Source: an uncultured Phycisphaerales bacterium (GTDB taxonomy: Bacteria > Planctomycetota > Phycisphaerae > Tepidisphaerales > Tepidisphaeraceae). From it: a stretch of DNA of 64,000 nt. The DNA is taken from contig CAVWLP010000002.1 of the NCBI GenBank assembly GCA_963755915.1, forward strand, positions 2,208,001 to 2,272,000. The letters run 5' to 3'. The first letter of the stretch is position 1. Each line of letters begins with the position of its first letter. This document shows positions 40,084 through 50,564 of the stretch, piece by piece. The notes beneath the pieces were generated by a model, which ran no database searches, was not told the origin of the DNA, and worked only from the letters and a program-made list of their open reading frames with translations. The translations under genes were made by a program, and so were the position numbers.

Positions 40084-41208
40084 ATGAATTCGGAAATCAA
40101 AACGAAAATGTCGCGCGTGGGTGAGTTCCTGGACAGGCACAAACTCGACGGAGTTTTTCTGAATCATCGGGCGAGCTTTGCGTGGATTACCGCCGGGAAA
40201 GACAATCATATCGCGAGCAGTTCGCCGAATGGGGTGGCGGGGATTCTGTTGACGCGCGATAAGCGGGTTTGTTTTACGAATACGATCGAGGGGCCGCGGT
40301 TCAGGGATGAGGAGCTGGCGGGGACGGGGATCGAAGTGGTGGTTTATCCTTGGCAGGATCCGAAGGCGGGGCAGAAGGCGATGAAGGAATTGATCGCGGG
40401 GAGGAAGATAGCATCCGATGCGACGGATAGCGGGGAGTTCGATCGGTTTGGGGCGGGATTGCTGCGGCTGCCGGAGGAATTTGTGCAGTTGCGATGGTCG
40501 CTTACGCCGGAGGAGGTTGAACGGTATCGGGAAGGGGGGCGGCGGACTTCGGCGGCAATTGAGGGGGCTTGCCGAAAGATAACGCGGGGGATGACGGAGC
40601 ATGAGATCGCGGCGGTGCTGGATGGCGAGGTGCATTCGCGGAGTATGCTTCCGGTGGTGACGCTGGTGGCGGCGGATGAGCGGGTGAGGCGGTTTCGGCA
40701 TCCGATTCCGACGGAAAACCACGTGAAGCAGTATTGCATGCTGGTGACGTGCGCGTCGTTTGGGGGGCTGATTTCGAATGCGACGCGGTTTGTGAGCTTT
40801 GAGCCGCTGTCGGCGGAAATCCGTAAAAAGCAGCAGGCGGTTTGTAATGTGGATGCGATGGTGAACCTGTCGACGCGGCCGGGGAAGACGCTGGGGGAGA
40901 TGTTTACGGTGATCGAGAAGGCGTATGCGGAGAATGGATTTCCGGGGGAAGAGAAGCTGCATCACCAGGGGGGGACGACGGGATATGCGGGGAGAGATGT
41001 TTTCGCGGAGCCGGTGTCGGGGGTGCGGGTGGTGGCGAATCAGGCGCTGGCCTGGAATCCGTCGATCACGGGCGTGAAGAGCGAGGATACGATTTTGTGT
41101 TCCGAAACGGGGATTGAGATGATTACGACGGTTTCGGCGGATTGGCCGAAGGTTCGGGGAACATATCAGGGGCAGATGCTGGAGCGTGCGGATATTTTAT
41201 TGAGGTGA
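40084..41208 (+). CDS. M24-family metallopeptidase-like protein
   Basis: RHPIP, HHQGG, WNPSITGVKSEDT. Confidence 0.8.
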   Translation: MNSEIKTKMSRVGEFLDRHKLDGVFLNHRASFAWITAGKDNHIASSSPNGVAGILLTRDKRVCFTNTIEGPRFRDEELAGTGIEVVVYPWQDPKAGQKAMKELIAGRKIASDATDSGEFDRFGAGLLRLPEEFVQLRWSLTPEEVERYREGGRRTSAAIEGACRKITRGMTEHEIAAVLDGEVHSRSMLPVVTLVAADERVRRFRHPIPTENHVKQYCMLVTCASFGGLISNATRFVSFEPLSAEIRKKQQAVCNVDAMVNLSTRPGKTLGEMFTVIEKAYAENGFPGEEKLHHQGGTTGYAGRDVFAEPVSGVRVVANQALAWNPSITGVKSEDTILCSETGIEMITTVSADWPKVRGTYQGQMLERADILLR

Positions 41209-42558
41209 GGGCGAAGAAGACGGTGGGGGAGCGGGGGAGGGGTCGGGGTCGATGAAGAGCTGTTCGGAGGAGGCGTCGTAGCCGAAGAGTTCGGCGAAAC
41301 GTCCCCAGCCGACGATAGTGTGGAAGGTGCGTTCGACGTCTTCGGTGGTGAGGCGGACGGCGAGTTCTTCCTCGATGATTTCCTTGGTGAGACGGTTGTC
41401 TTTGGCTTCCTTGAGAAGGTGGAGGACGAATTTGAAGGTGCCGAGGGTGAGGAGCTGCTGGCGGTAGAGGCTCTTGCGGACGTTGGCGTCGCCGTCGAGG
41501 AAGCGGCGGCCGAGATCGGTGAGGAGGACCTGATTTTTGGGGGTGTCAAGGAAACCGAGAAGCTCGCCGGCCTTGACGACGGCGATGGTGTGTCCGAAAT
41601 CGTATTCGGTGAGGGTATCGAGCTTGAAGACGTCGATCTGGCTGTTGTGATCGCGGACGATTTCCATGAGTCCGACGATGTGACCGATGTTGACGGCGGG
41701 GATGGGTGAGGGGGCGGGGATTCCGCCGACTTCTTCGGGGGCGGGGATGGCTTCCTTGGGAACGTCGGGCATCTGCTCGTTGGTGATGACGTCGTGGAGG
41801 CGCTGGACCATTTTCTGGAAGGCCGGGGCGTTGTACTCGCGCGGGTGGGGGACGTCGTTCTGGATCATGGTTCGGATGCGTCCGGGGCGGGTGCCCATGA
41901 CGACAATGCGGTCGGCGAGGAAGACGGCTTCTTCGATGTGGTGGGTGATGATGACGACGCTTTTGGGCTGGAAGGGGAGCTTGCTGTTGCCGCCGGACCA
42001 CATGCGGTAGATCTCGCTGCGAAGGCTTTCGGCGGTGAAGACGTCGAGGGCGCTGCAGGGTTCGTCCATGCAGAGGAGTTCGGGAGCGCGGGCGAGGGCG
42101 CGGGCGATGCCGACGCGCTGCTTCATGCCGCCGGAGAGTTCCTTGGGATAGGCTTCTTCGAAGCCTTCGAGGCCGACGACGTCGATGCAGCGGGCGATGC
42201 GGTCTTTGGCGTCGTTGGCGCCCAGATCGAGGCCGTTGAGGGCGAGCTTGATGTTTTCGAAGACAGTGAGCCAGGGGAAGAGGGCGAAATTCTGGAAGAC
42301 GAGGGAGGCGCCGGGGTGAATGCCGTGGAGGGGCTGGCCGTGGACGAGGACTTTTCCGCTGGTGGGCTGGAGGAGTCCGATCATGATTCGGAGGAGGGTG
42401 CTTTTGCCGGAGCCGCTGGGGCCGAGGATGGCGAGTACCTCGCCGCTTTTGACGGCGAGGCAGACCCTGTCGAGGACGAGGAGGCGGTTGGTGTCTTTGG
42501 ACTCTCCAAAGAGCATCGAGACGTCGATGGCTTCGCTGATGGGTGAACCGTTTTCCAT
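41197..42558 (-). CDS. Nitrate/sulfonate-type ABC transporter ATP-binding protein with C-terminal associated domain
   Basis: GPSGSGKS, LSGGMKQRVG, LLCMDEP. Confidence 0.92.
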   Translation of the reverse strand: MENGSPISEAIDVSMLFGESKDTNRLLVLDRVCLAVKSGEVLAILGPSGSGKSTLLRIMIGLLQPTSGKVLVHGQPLHGIHPGASLVFQNFALFPWLTVFENIKLALNGLDLGANDAKDRIARCIDVVGLEGFEEAYPKELSGGMKQRVGIARALARAPELLCMDEPCSALDVFTAESLRSEIYRMWSGGNSKLPFQPKSVVIITHHIEEAVFLADRIVVMGTRPGRIRTMIQNDVPHPREYNAPAFQKMVQRLHDVITNEQMPDVPKEAIPAPEEVGGIPAPSPIPAVNIGHIVGLMEIVRDHNSQIDVFKLDTLTEYDFGHTIAVVKAGELLGFLDTPKNQVLLTDLGRRFLDGDANVRKSLYRQQLLTLGTFKFVLHLLKEAKDNRLTKEIIEEELAVRLTTEDVERTFHTIVGWGRFAELFGYDASSEQLFIDPDPSPAPPPSSSPSPQ

Positions 42559-42581
42559 TTCCGCCGTGATCCTATTTTAGG

Positions 42582-44357
42582 TTAGACGTTGAGGCTAAAG
42601 CGTCCCTCGGCCATGCGATAAATCTTTTTCCAGAATAGACGGTTTATGAAGACGACCGTCAAGCCCATGGCGACGACGGAGGCGGCGAGGAGGGCGTATT
42701 GGCCGTTGGCGGTGGCGTCGGTGATCATGGAGCCGAGGCCGAAGGTGTAGTAGCCGGTGTTGCTGCCGGGGATGGAGACTTCCTCGGCGACGATGGTTGC
42801 GTTCCACGCGCCGCCGGCGGCGGTGATGAGTCCGGTGGCGAGGTAGGGGAAGACGCCGGGGATGTAGATTCGGATCCAGCGCTGCCAGACGGGGAGGTGA
42901 TAGATTTTTCCGGCTTCGCGGAGATCGCTGGGAATGGCCATGGCGCCGGCGATGACGTTGAAGAGGATGTACCACTGGGTGCCCATGAGCATGAGGACGA
43001 CGCAGCCGAAGGTGAAGGGGACGTGAATCCTGGCGAGGAAGACGCAGAGCATGAGGTAGATCATCGGGGCGGGAAAACTGGCGACGATCTGAACGAAGGG
43101 CTGAAGGCGGTTGGCCCAGCGGGGGTTAAGGCCGATGAGGACGCCGGCGGGAAGGGTCCAGGCGGCGCCGATGATGACGGCGGCGAACGTGCGCAGGAAG
43201 GAGAACCAAAGAGCCCAGAGGACGGAGACCCACCCTTTTTGATCGGGGGTTTCGTGAATGGGGAGCTGGAGCATGAGACGGACGAGTTCGACGGAGCCCC
43301 AGACGGCGAGGAGGGCAAGGGCGGCGACGATGAGCCATTTGACGATGACGAGGAACTCGTTGGATTTCGCGGGTCCGGCGTTGCCTGTCGAAGAGATGCC
43401 GCCGGAGGCGTGTGATAAGGATGATGTCGGGTCGTGATGACGGCGTTTCCACCAGCGGCCGATGGCGTTGAGGAGGCCGGAACGCTTGAGGAGGTCGATG
43501 ACCCAGGAATGGGGTTGGTCGGCGGAGGCGGTGTCTTCGAGTTTGAAGCGTTGGCTCCAGACGACGATGGGCCGCCAGACGACCTGGTCGACGAGAACGA
43601 TGACGAGGATCATGGCGATGACGCCGGCGATCATGGCGCGGACGTTCCAATCGATCTGGGCCTGGTTCATGTAGGAGCCGAGGCCGGGGAGGCGGTAATC
43701 GACGTTGTTGAGGGTGAAGGCTTCGTTGACAGTGATGATGAACCAGCCGCCGGCCATAGACATCATGGAATTCCAGACGAGGCCGATCATGGAGGCGGGG
43801 AGTTCGAGGTAGCGGAAGATTTGCCAGCCGGTGAGGCGCTGGATGGCCGCGGCTTCGGAGAGGGCGGTGGGAATGCTGCGGACGCTGCCGAAATAGCTGA
43901 AGGTCATGTTCCAGACCTGGGCGGTGAAGATCATGATGACGCAGGCGAGTTCGAGGCCGAGCCAGCTAGTGGGGAAGAGGCGGACGAAGAGCAGGACGAG
44001 GCCGGGGAGGAACGAGAGGACGGGAAGGGATTGAAGAACGTCGAGGGCGGGGACCATGAATCGTTCGGCGGTGTGGCTGTGGGCGGCGATGGTGCCGTAG
44101 AGGAGGGTGAAGACCAGGGAGATGATGTAGGCGATCACGGCGCGGCTGAGGCTAAAGAAGGCGTATTTGGGGAGGGCCCAGAAGGAAAGACTTATCTGAA
44201 CGGCCTGGGGTCGGGGGGCGGCGGCGTGGCCGAGGAGGATGGCTACGCCGGCGATCAGGCCGGCGATGGAGACGAGCACCAAGGCGTCGATGCCGACGTT
44301 GACCGGCTGCTTGAGCGCCTGGCGCACCTTATCGGAATAAGCAATTACAAACGGCAT
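42582..44357 (-). CDS. ABC transporter permease (duplicated TM module)
   Basis: DVLQSLPVLSFLP, WNSMMSMAGGW, GGAWNATIVAE. Confidence 0.9.
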   Translation of the reverse strand: MPFVIAYSDKVRQALKQPVNVGIDALVLVSIAGLIAGVAILLGHAAAPRPQAVQISLSFWALPKYAFFSLSRAVIAYIISLVFTLLYGTIAAHSHTAERFMVPALDVLQSLPVLSFLPGLVLLFVRLFPTSWLGLELACVIMIFTAQVWNMTFSYFGSVRSIPTALSEAAAIQRLTGWQIFRYLELPASMIGLVWNSMMSMAGGWFIITVNEAFTLNNVDYRLPGLGSYMNQAQIDWNVRAMIAGVIAMILVIVLVDQVVWRPIVVWSQRFKLEDTASADQPHSWVIDLLKRSGLLNAIGRWWKRRHHDPTSSLSHASGGISSTGNAGPAKSNEFLVIVKWLIVAALALLAVWGSVELVRLMLQLPIHETPDQKGWVSVLWALWFSFLRTFAAVIIGAAWTLPAGVLIGLNPRWANRLQPFVQIVASFPAPMIYLMLCVFLARIHVPFTFGCVVLMLMGTQWYILFNVIAGAMAIPSDLREAGKIYHLPVWQRWIRIYIPGVFPYLATGLITAAGGAWNATIVAEEVSIPGSNTGYYTFGLGSMITDATANGQYALLAASVVAMGLTVVFINRLFWKKIYRMAEGRFSLNV

Positions 44358-44448
44358 TGGGCGGGGATTTTAGGGATCGCATCGGCAGAATGCGAATGCT
44401 TCGTGATCTTTGCGACAAGAAAATTTCTTAACGACGTGGGTGGATGTT

Positions 44449-45804
44449 CTACGGAAGCAGAATTCCTTCGATTTCCTGAATTTGATCGGCGATATTTTTG
44501 TTTTGCTGGCAGTCGTCGCCGACGGTTCGGACGGCGTGGAGGACGGTGGTGTGATCGCGGCCGCCGAAGTAGCAGCCGATCTCGGCGAGGCTGAAATGGG
44601 TGAACCGGCGGGCGAGGAACATGCAGACCTGGCGGGGAAAGGCGATGCTCTTGTGGCGTTTTTTGCTCTGGAGGTCGGTGAGCTTGACGTTGTAATACTT
44701 GGTGACGGCTTCGTAGATCTGCTCGACGGTGATGCGGCGTTTTTCGCTGGCGCCCTCGTCGCCGAAGGCGCGCTTGGCGAGTTCGATGTCGATCAGGCCA
44801 TTCTGGAGGAGGCTCATTCCCTGGATTCGGGTGATGGCGCCTTCGAGCTCGCGGGTGTTGTTTTCGACTCGGGAGGCGATGTAGCAGACGACGTCGTCGG
44901 GCAGGGCGATGCCGCGCATGCGGGCCTTTTTCTGAAGGATGGCGATGCGGGTTTCGTAGCAGGGTTTTTCGATGCCGGCGACGAGGCCCCAGTTAAAGCG
45001 GCTGACGAGGCGCTCTTCGAGTTCGGGGATTTCGCTGGGGGGGCAGTCGGCACTGAGGATGATCTGCTTCTGCTGCTGGAAGAGGGTGTTGAAGGTGTGG
45101 AAGAATTCTTCCTGGGTCCGAACATGCTTGCTGAGGAAATGGATGTCGTCGATGACGAGCAGGTCGTTGTGGCGGTAGCGATAGCGGAACTTCTGCATGT
45201 CGCCGTCCGAGACGGAGCTGATGAACTGGTTTACGAAGCTGTCGCAGGAGAGATAGAGGATTCGCAGGTCGCCCTGGCGCTGGAGGACCTTCTGGCAGAT
45301 GGCCTGGAGGAGGTGGGTCTTGCCGAGACCGACGCCGCCGTGGATGAAGAGGGGGTTGTAGGACTTACCCGGGTTTTCAGCGACGGCGATGCTGCCGGCG
45401 TGGGCAAGCTGGTTGCAGGGGCCGGTGACGAACTGGTCGAACGAGTAATCGGGGTTGAGGGGAAGGGGCTGGTCGGTGTCGCTGAAGAGGCCACCGCTGC
45501 CGAGGCCTTCGCAGTGGAAGGAGACGGAAACGAGGCGTCCGAGGACCTGCTGGGCGGCGACGGAGAAGGGCTTCTGGCACTGGCCCTGGCAGAAATTGAG
45601 CTGGGCGAGGTTGGGGACGAGGACCTGGATGACGCCGGTGGTGAGATGCCGGGGGACGAGCTGGTCGAACCAGATTCGGTTGAGGCTTGGATGCTGGTTT
45701 CGGACTTCCTGGAGGACCCGTTGCCAGACCGAGGGGTCAAAAGCGGGCTCTTTGGCGCGGCGCGACAGCGCCTCGCGCGACAACGGCGATTGCATGAGGG
45801 TCAT
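44449..45804 (-). CDS. dnaA: Chromosomal replication initiator
   Basis: YNPLFIHGGVGLGKTHLL, QEEFFHTFN, RELEGA, FGGRDHTTV. Confidence 0.96.
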   Translation of the reverse strand: MTLMQSPLSREALSRRAKEPAFDPSVWQRVLQEVRNQHPSLNRIWFDQLVPRHLTTGVIQVLVPNLAQLNFCQGQCQKPFSVAAQQVLGRLVSVSFHCEGLGSGGLFSDTDQPLPLNPDYSFDQFVTGPCNQLAHAGSIAVAENPGKSYNPLFIHGGVGLGKTHLLQAICQKVLQRQGDLRILYLSCDSFVNQFISSVSDGDMQKFRYRYRHNDLLVIDDIHFLSKHVRTQEEFFHTFNTLFQQQKQIILSADCPPSEIPELEERLVSRFNWGLVAGIEKPCYETRIAILQKKARMRGIALPDDVVCYIASRVENNTRELEGAITRIQGMSLLQNGLIDIELAKRAFGDEGASEKRRITVEQIYEAVTKYYNVKLTDLQSKKRHKSIAFPRQVCMFLARRFTHFSLAEIGCYFGGRDHTTVLHAVRTVGDDCQQNKNIADQIQEIEGILLP

Positions 45805-45901
45805 GGCGTTTTCTTCTGCGAAAGATCTCTTAAAATCCCCGCGCGGCGTGTACGAGTTTTCTCTCTCCGTACCCTGGGAGCGGGATCACTTTTCAATTTT
45901 C

Positions 45902-45962
45902 ACGAATCAGACATTTTACAAATCAGACAGCTAACGAATCAGGCAACTTACAAATCAGACAG
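45902..45962. repeat. Tandem repeat upstream of dnaA (4 x 16 bp = 2 x 32 bp)
   Basis: AATCAGRC at 45905, 45921, 45937, 45953. Confidence 0.8.
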
Positions 45963-46234
45963 AAGCCCGCGGCAGTCAACTTTAAACATTTCATCGGCAA
46001 CCCAACTGAGATATGCGTGATGGCTACCGTCTTTATTGCCGCGGCACTCACACGCACCAATTCGCACATTACCCACTTCGCGATCTATTTTTCAAGTGCG
46101 CGGCGAGGAAATATTTTTTGCAATTGCGCTGCGCACCCGTCGCCGGATACAACCCGTTGATAGCGCGATGAAGTTTCTCCCCAACCCGTCTCTCCAAGAG
46201 TCGTGTTAGAAAATATTTTTTTCTCGGGTGCGAA

Positions 46235-47050
46235 TCATTCGCGCTGTCGCGAGGGAATGGGGAGGCCGACTTCAGCCATGACTTGTTTCAGGTCGCTCCA
46301 GACGGCGGCGCGATTTTCTTCGGTGTATGAACGGAGAAGGAAGGCGGGATGATACGTCGGCATGAGCTTGATACCGCGCCAGTTATGCCACTGGCCGCGC
46401 AGTTTACCCATGGAAAGGCGGGATTCGAGCATGTATTTCGACGCGGGGAGCCCGAGTGTAACGATGACTTTTGGATGAATGATCTCCAATTGTCTTATCA
46501 GATAAGGCGTGCAGGTGGCAACTTCGTCGGGGGCGGGGACGCGGTTGTCGGGCGGGCGGCACTTGACGATGTTGGCGATGAAGACCTGCTCGCGGCGCAA
46601 CCCCATGCCTGCGATCATTTTGTTGAGCAGTTCACCGGCGCGGCCGACGAATGGGCGGCCCTGGATGTCTTCGTTTTCGCCGGGGCCTTCGCCGATGAAG
46701 AAGATTTTGGCGTCGGGGTCTCCTTCGCCGAAGACAGTATTTTTGCGGGTTTCGCAGAGCCGGCAGCGGGTGCAGGGTTTGACCTGTTTAGCGTCCAATT
46801 CAGCGAGAAGTGGGATTTTTTGCTCGCGCGTGTAATGGGTTTCAATTTGCGGCGCGGCGAGGGCGTCGGGCTGTAAAAGCGAAAGGGGTGCGGTCGCGTT
46901 TGGCGCGGCGGGGGAGGCGGCGGTGGAGACGGATGGGTCAGGTTGCGGTGACGCAGATTCCTCCGATTTTCGGACCGATTCTAAACCGAACGCCTGTTCG
47001 CTTTTGAGCCAGAGAATTCGGCGGTGCTTCTGAATATCTGGTTGGGCCAT
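46235..47050 (-). CDS. Uracil-DNA glycosylase family 4
   Basis: CTRCRL, GEGPG, PFVGRAG, KCRPPDNR, TYHPA. Confidence 0.92.
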   Translation of the reverse strand: MAQPDIQKHRRILWLKSEQAFGLESVRKSEESASPQPDPSVSTAASPAAPNATAPLSLLQPDALAAPQIETHYTREQKIPLLAELDAKQVKPCTRCRLCETRKNTVFGEGDPDAKIFFIGEGPGENEDIQGRPFVGRAGELLNKMIAGMGLRREQVFIANIVKCRPPDNRVPAPDEVATCTPYLIRQLEIIHPKVIVTLGLPASKYMLESRLSMGKLRGQWHNWRGIKLMPTYHPAFLLRSYTEENRAAVWSDLKQVMAEVGLPIPSRQRE

Positions 47051-47242
47051 TGGACGAATGTTAAATTGTTTTCTTCGGGGAACAAATCCTTGACTCGCCC
47101 GCATTATTGATGGAGAATGGGATTTGTAAAGCCACCCCGGCCCGCAATGGCGGGTGCTCTTTGAAGGGCACACCGTAGCGAGCCGCGGTGGCTTCTTTCG
47201 TTGTGGAATTTGGAGAGATTTTCAAATTGAAGGAGTGACGCC

Positions 47243-48304
47243 ATGGGCGACAAAACAAAAAAAGAGCTTCTGAGCCGGACGATCGAGCACATCGACATCA
47301 CGAAGCACAACCCGGTTTCAATCGTGGACGCGATGCAGCACATGGCGTATAGCTCGCGCGACCTTTACCGGGCGTCCGATATTTACGACCGCATGCTTCG
47401 TGATCGCGAATGCGGGGTGATCCTGTGTCTCGCCGGGTCGCTGATCAGCGCGGGGCTTAAGAAGGTTTTTACGGAGATGATCCGGAGCAAGATGGTGGAT
47501 GCGATCGTCTCCACCGGGGCGAATATCGTCGATCAGGATTTCTTCGAATCGCTGGGGTTCCGGCATTATATCGCTGATGAGAGTCTGAAGTCGGGCCTGC
47601 ACGATGGGATGCTGCGCGATCTGATGATCGACCGCATTTATGACACGCTGATCGATGAGGAAGAGCTGCGTGTCTGCGACGAGACGATGCAGAAGGTGAT
47701 CGATGAGATGGAGCCCAAGGCGCACAGCTCGCGGGAGATTATCCGGGAGATGGGGGCCTATCTGCACACACAAAATAAGGGCGTCGATGGGATCGTGCTG
47801 GAGGCGTATAAGCACGATGTGCCGATCTTCTGTCCGGCGTTCAGCGATTGTTCGGCGGGATTCGGGTTCGTGGCCCACATTCATGCCCGGCAGGCAACGG
47901 GACAGCCGACGGTGAGCATCGACAGTGCCAAGGATTTTTATGAGCTAACCCAGCTGAAGATCAAGAACCCGCAGACGGGGCTGCTGATGATCGGCGGGGG
48001 GGTTCCGAAGAATTTCGCGCAGGACATCGTGGTGGCGGCGGAAATTCTTGGGGTGGAAGCGCCGATGCACAAGTATGCGATCCAGATCACGGTGGCGGAT
48101 GTGCGCGACGGGGCACTTTCGGGCAGCACGCTGAAAGAGGCGAGCAGTTGGGGGAAAGTGGATACGGTGTACGAGCAGATGGTTTACAGTGAGGCGACGC
48201 TGGCGCTGCCGCTCATTGCTGGGTATGCGTATCACAAGGGCGGGTGGCGCAATCGGACGGAGAAGAGGTGGAACCGGTTGCTGGAGACTGCGGCGGTGGC
48301 GTAA
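47243..48304 (+). CDS. Deoxyhypusine synthase-like protein
   Basis: STGANIVDQD, IGGGVPKN, DGALSGSTLKEASSWGK. Confidence 0.9.
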   Translation: MGDKTKKELLSRTIEHIDITKHNPVSIVDAMQHMAYSSRDLYRASDIYDRMLRDRECGVILCLAGSLISAGLKKVFTEMIRSKMVDAIVSTGANIVDQDFFESLGFRHYIADESLKSGLHDGMLRDLMIDRIYDTLIDEEELRVCDETMQKVIDEMEPKAHSSREIIREMGAYLHTQNKGVDGIVLEAYKHDVPIFCPAFSDCSAGFGFVAHIHARQATGQPTVSIDSAKDFYELTQLKIKNPQTGLLMIGGGVPKNFAQDIVVAAEILGVEAPMHKYAIQITVADVRDGALSGSTLKEASSWGKVDTVYEQMVYSEATLALPLIAGYAYHKGGWRNRTEKRWNRLLETAAVA

Positions 48305-48321
48305 TTCGAATTTCTCTCACG

Positions 48322-48352
48322 GCCCCCGCGATGCCATCGCGGGGCTTTTTTT
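48322..48352 (+). terminator. Rho-independent terminator
   Basis: CCCCGCGAT-GCC-ATCGCGGGG followed by a T run. Confidence 0.75.
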
Positions 48353-48443
48353 ATAAAGCATCACGGTCGGCATCATGCCGACCGTGTGTGGACTCGTTTC
48401 CAGCCGATCGAAAGCGGCCTGCGCCGCTGATTGCGATTGGGAT

Positions 48444-48788
48444 TTACGCGGATGCGGTTTGGTATTCGGCCTGGGAGGATCTGAGCTGGGCGAGGGCGTA
48501 GACGGCGGCTTCGCGCTCGCAGGCGCCGACGACGGTGCCATGGCGCTCGTCGGCGGCATGGCCGGGGTCGAGGGGCTCTCCCGCGGGCGCCCAGGTGGCA
48601 CGGTAACAGTTGAAGATCAGGTTGTGCTTGATGGAGAGTTCCAGCCCGGCGCGGGAGAATTCGCGCTGAACGCTGAGGATGGAGGGGTAGGCCCTGCCGT
48701 CGGGAAGATGCTCAAGATCAAGGTCGTCCTGGGGCAACCAGCCGGCTTCGAGAAGTCGATCTACGGCGTAATTAAGATTCATCGTCAA
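48444..48788 (-). CDS. Hypothetical protein
   Basis: 114 aa, GGAG RBS, host-like codon usage. Confidence 0.65.
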   Translation of the reverse strand: MTMNLNYAVDRLLEAGWLPQDDLDLEHLPDGRAYPSILSVQREFSRAGLELSIKHNLIFNCYRATWAPAGEPLDPGHAADERHGTVVGACEREAAVYALAQLRSSQAEYQTASA

Positions 48789-49134
48789 GCTCCTTCCAAC
48801 GCGCCCTGTTGACCGCCCTCCCGGACTTGGTCAGCTCCGCAATTTTCGGGCAGCTATCATATCCCCGGAAGCGTTGCGATGCCAGTGGTCAGAGCGAAGA
48901 TTTTTTCGACAAAAATGGGGGATTGCTTGAGGCAATCGGGGGCGAAAACGCCGGAAAATGAGATGGGAGACCCCTTGACCTGCGGTGGCTACATTCTAAT
49001 TTCTAGGGTCTATCAAGTCTCCTCGATTCCAGCACCGGGCCCGCAGTCACGAGCAGGCGCATTCGGCGTCTTCGTCCGGTCCCCAGACGCAGCATCAAGA
49101 CCATGCCCTGGCCTGCCGGGACCGGCCCCAGCTC

Positions 49135-50294
49135 GTGACCCGCGGCGACGAATTGGCGGAATTGTTGAAATCTCTGAAAGATTCCGGATCATTCGCTTAT
49201 GACAGCGAATTCATCGGCGAGTTAACATATTTGCCAAAGCTGTGCCTAATCCAGGTGGCGTCGACGACGCGGATTGCCCTGATCGATCCATTGGCGGAAT
49301 TGGATGTTCGGCCGTTCTGGGAGCTGGTGACGGATTCGTCGGTGGAGAAGATCGTCCACGCGGGGGCGCAGGATGTGGAGCCGGTCTTTCGGCGCTGGGG
49401 AGGCCGCCGGGGAATCTTTTTGATACGCAGATCGCGGCGGGGTTTGCGGGGCTGGGGTATCCGCTGTCGCTTTCGAAACTGGTGGGGGCGCTGGTCGGGG
49501 CGAAGCTGTCGAAGGGGCTCACGTTTTCGCACTGGGATAAAAGGCCGCTGACGGATCACCAGATTCGCTATGCGGCGGATGACGTGCGCTACCTTCCCGC
49601 GGTGCGGCATGAAATCGGCCTTCGCCTGGGAGACCAGCGTCATGCACAATGGGCGAAGGAGGAGTCGGCGGCGCTGGCGGATCCGAGCCTGCATGTCTTC
49701 GACCCCGCGGGGCAGTGGATGAAGATTCGCGGGGGCGTGGCGCTGTCGCCAGTGAACCAGGCGATTTTGCGGGAGCTGACGATCTGGCGGGATCGATGCG
49801 CGCGGGAAGAGGACGTTCCGCCTCGGTCGCTGGTAAAGGATGAGATTCTGTTGGATATGGCGCGGGAGCCGATCGGCTCGGTGGAGCAGCTTTCGCGGGT
49901 GAGGGGATTGCCGCGTCCGGTGGAGACGAAATATGGGGCGGGGATCGTGGAGGCGACGGCGGCGGCGCGGGGTCTGCCGGCGGATCGGCTTCCGTCGGCG
50001 ACGGTGTATGAGCCGCTGCCGGAGGAGAAGTTTCGGGCCGATGCGCTGCACTATGCGGTCCAGTCGCTGTGCGCCGGGCAGGGGATCGATCCTATGCTGG
50101 CGACGAGCCGGCAGGAGATTGGGGAGTTTTATCGGCTGCATCTGGCGGGGAAGTCCGCGGAGAATTTGCGGATTATGAGTGGGTGGCGAAAGGAGGCGGT
50201 GGGGGGGAGGTTGGTGGAGCTGTTGCGCGGGGAGGGTTCTGTTTCTCTTCGATGGAAGGATGGGGTTCCGTCGGCTGATACGAATCCCTCGTAA
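49135..50294 (+). CDS. rnd: Ribonuclease D (3'-5' exonuclease + HRDC), frameshift near 49392; frame stays open upstream to about 49003
   Basis: AYDSEFIGE, LCLIQVA, KIVHAG, FDTQIAA, YAADDV, HRDC WRDRCA. Confidence 0.9.
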
Positions 50295-50340
50295 AGGGGA
50301 CCCAAGTCAGCGCGGTGAATTTTTTTGCGCCCGCGTTTTC

Positions 50341-50464
50341 CCCCTCGCCCGGTACTCCGGGAGAGGGATGGGGTGAGGGCCGGAAAATAATTTAGCGCAT
50401 TCAAGGCCCTCACCCGCGCGGGCTTGCGCCCGCTTGCCCTCTCCCGGAATACCGGGCGAGGGGG
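50341..50464. repeat. Inverted REP doublet; second copy carries a hairpin insertion
   Basis: 50341-50380 reverse copy and 50407-50464 forward copy of the 13212 family. Confidence 0.8.
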
Positions 50465-50564
50465 TAAGAGAGCGCGTGCGGTGGCCGTGAAGGGATCCGT
50501 CGCGCAGAGACTTAATTCTTGCATCACCTCTCATTCGCAAATACCTTGGCTGGCTCGTCACCCT

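Noticed and set aside
45902-45962. CRISPR array
   Set aside because: Period is only 16/32 bp, there are no unique spacers and no cas genes in the window
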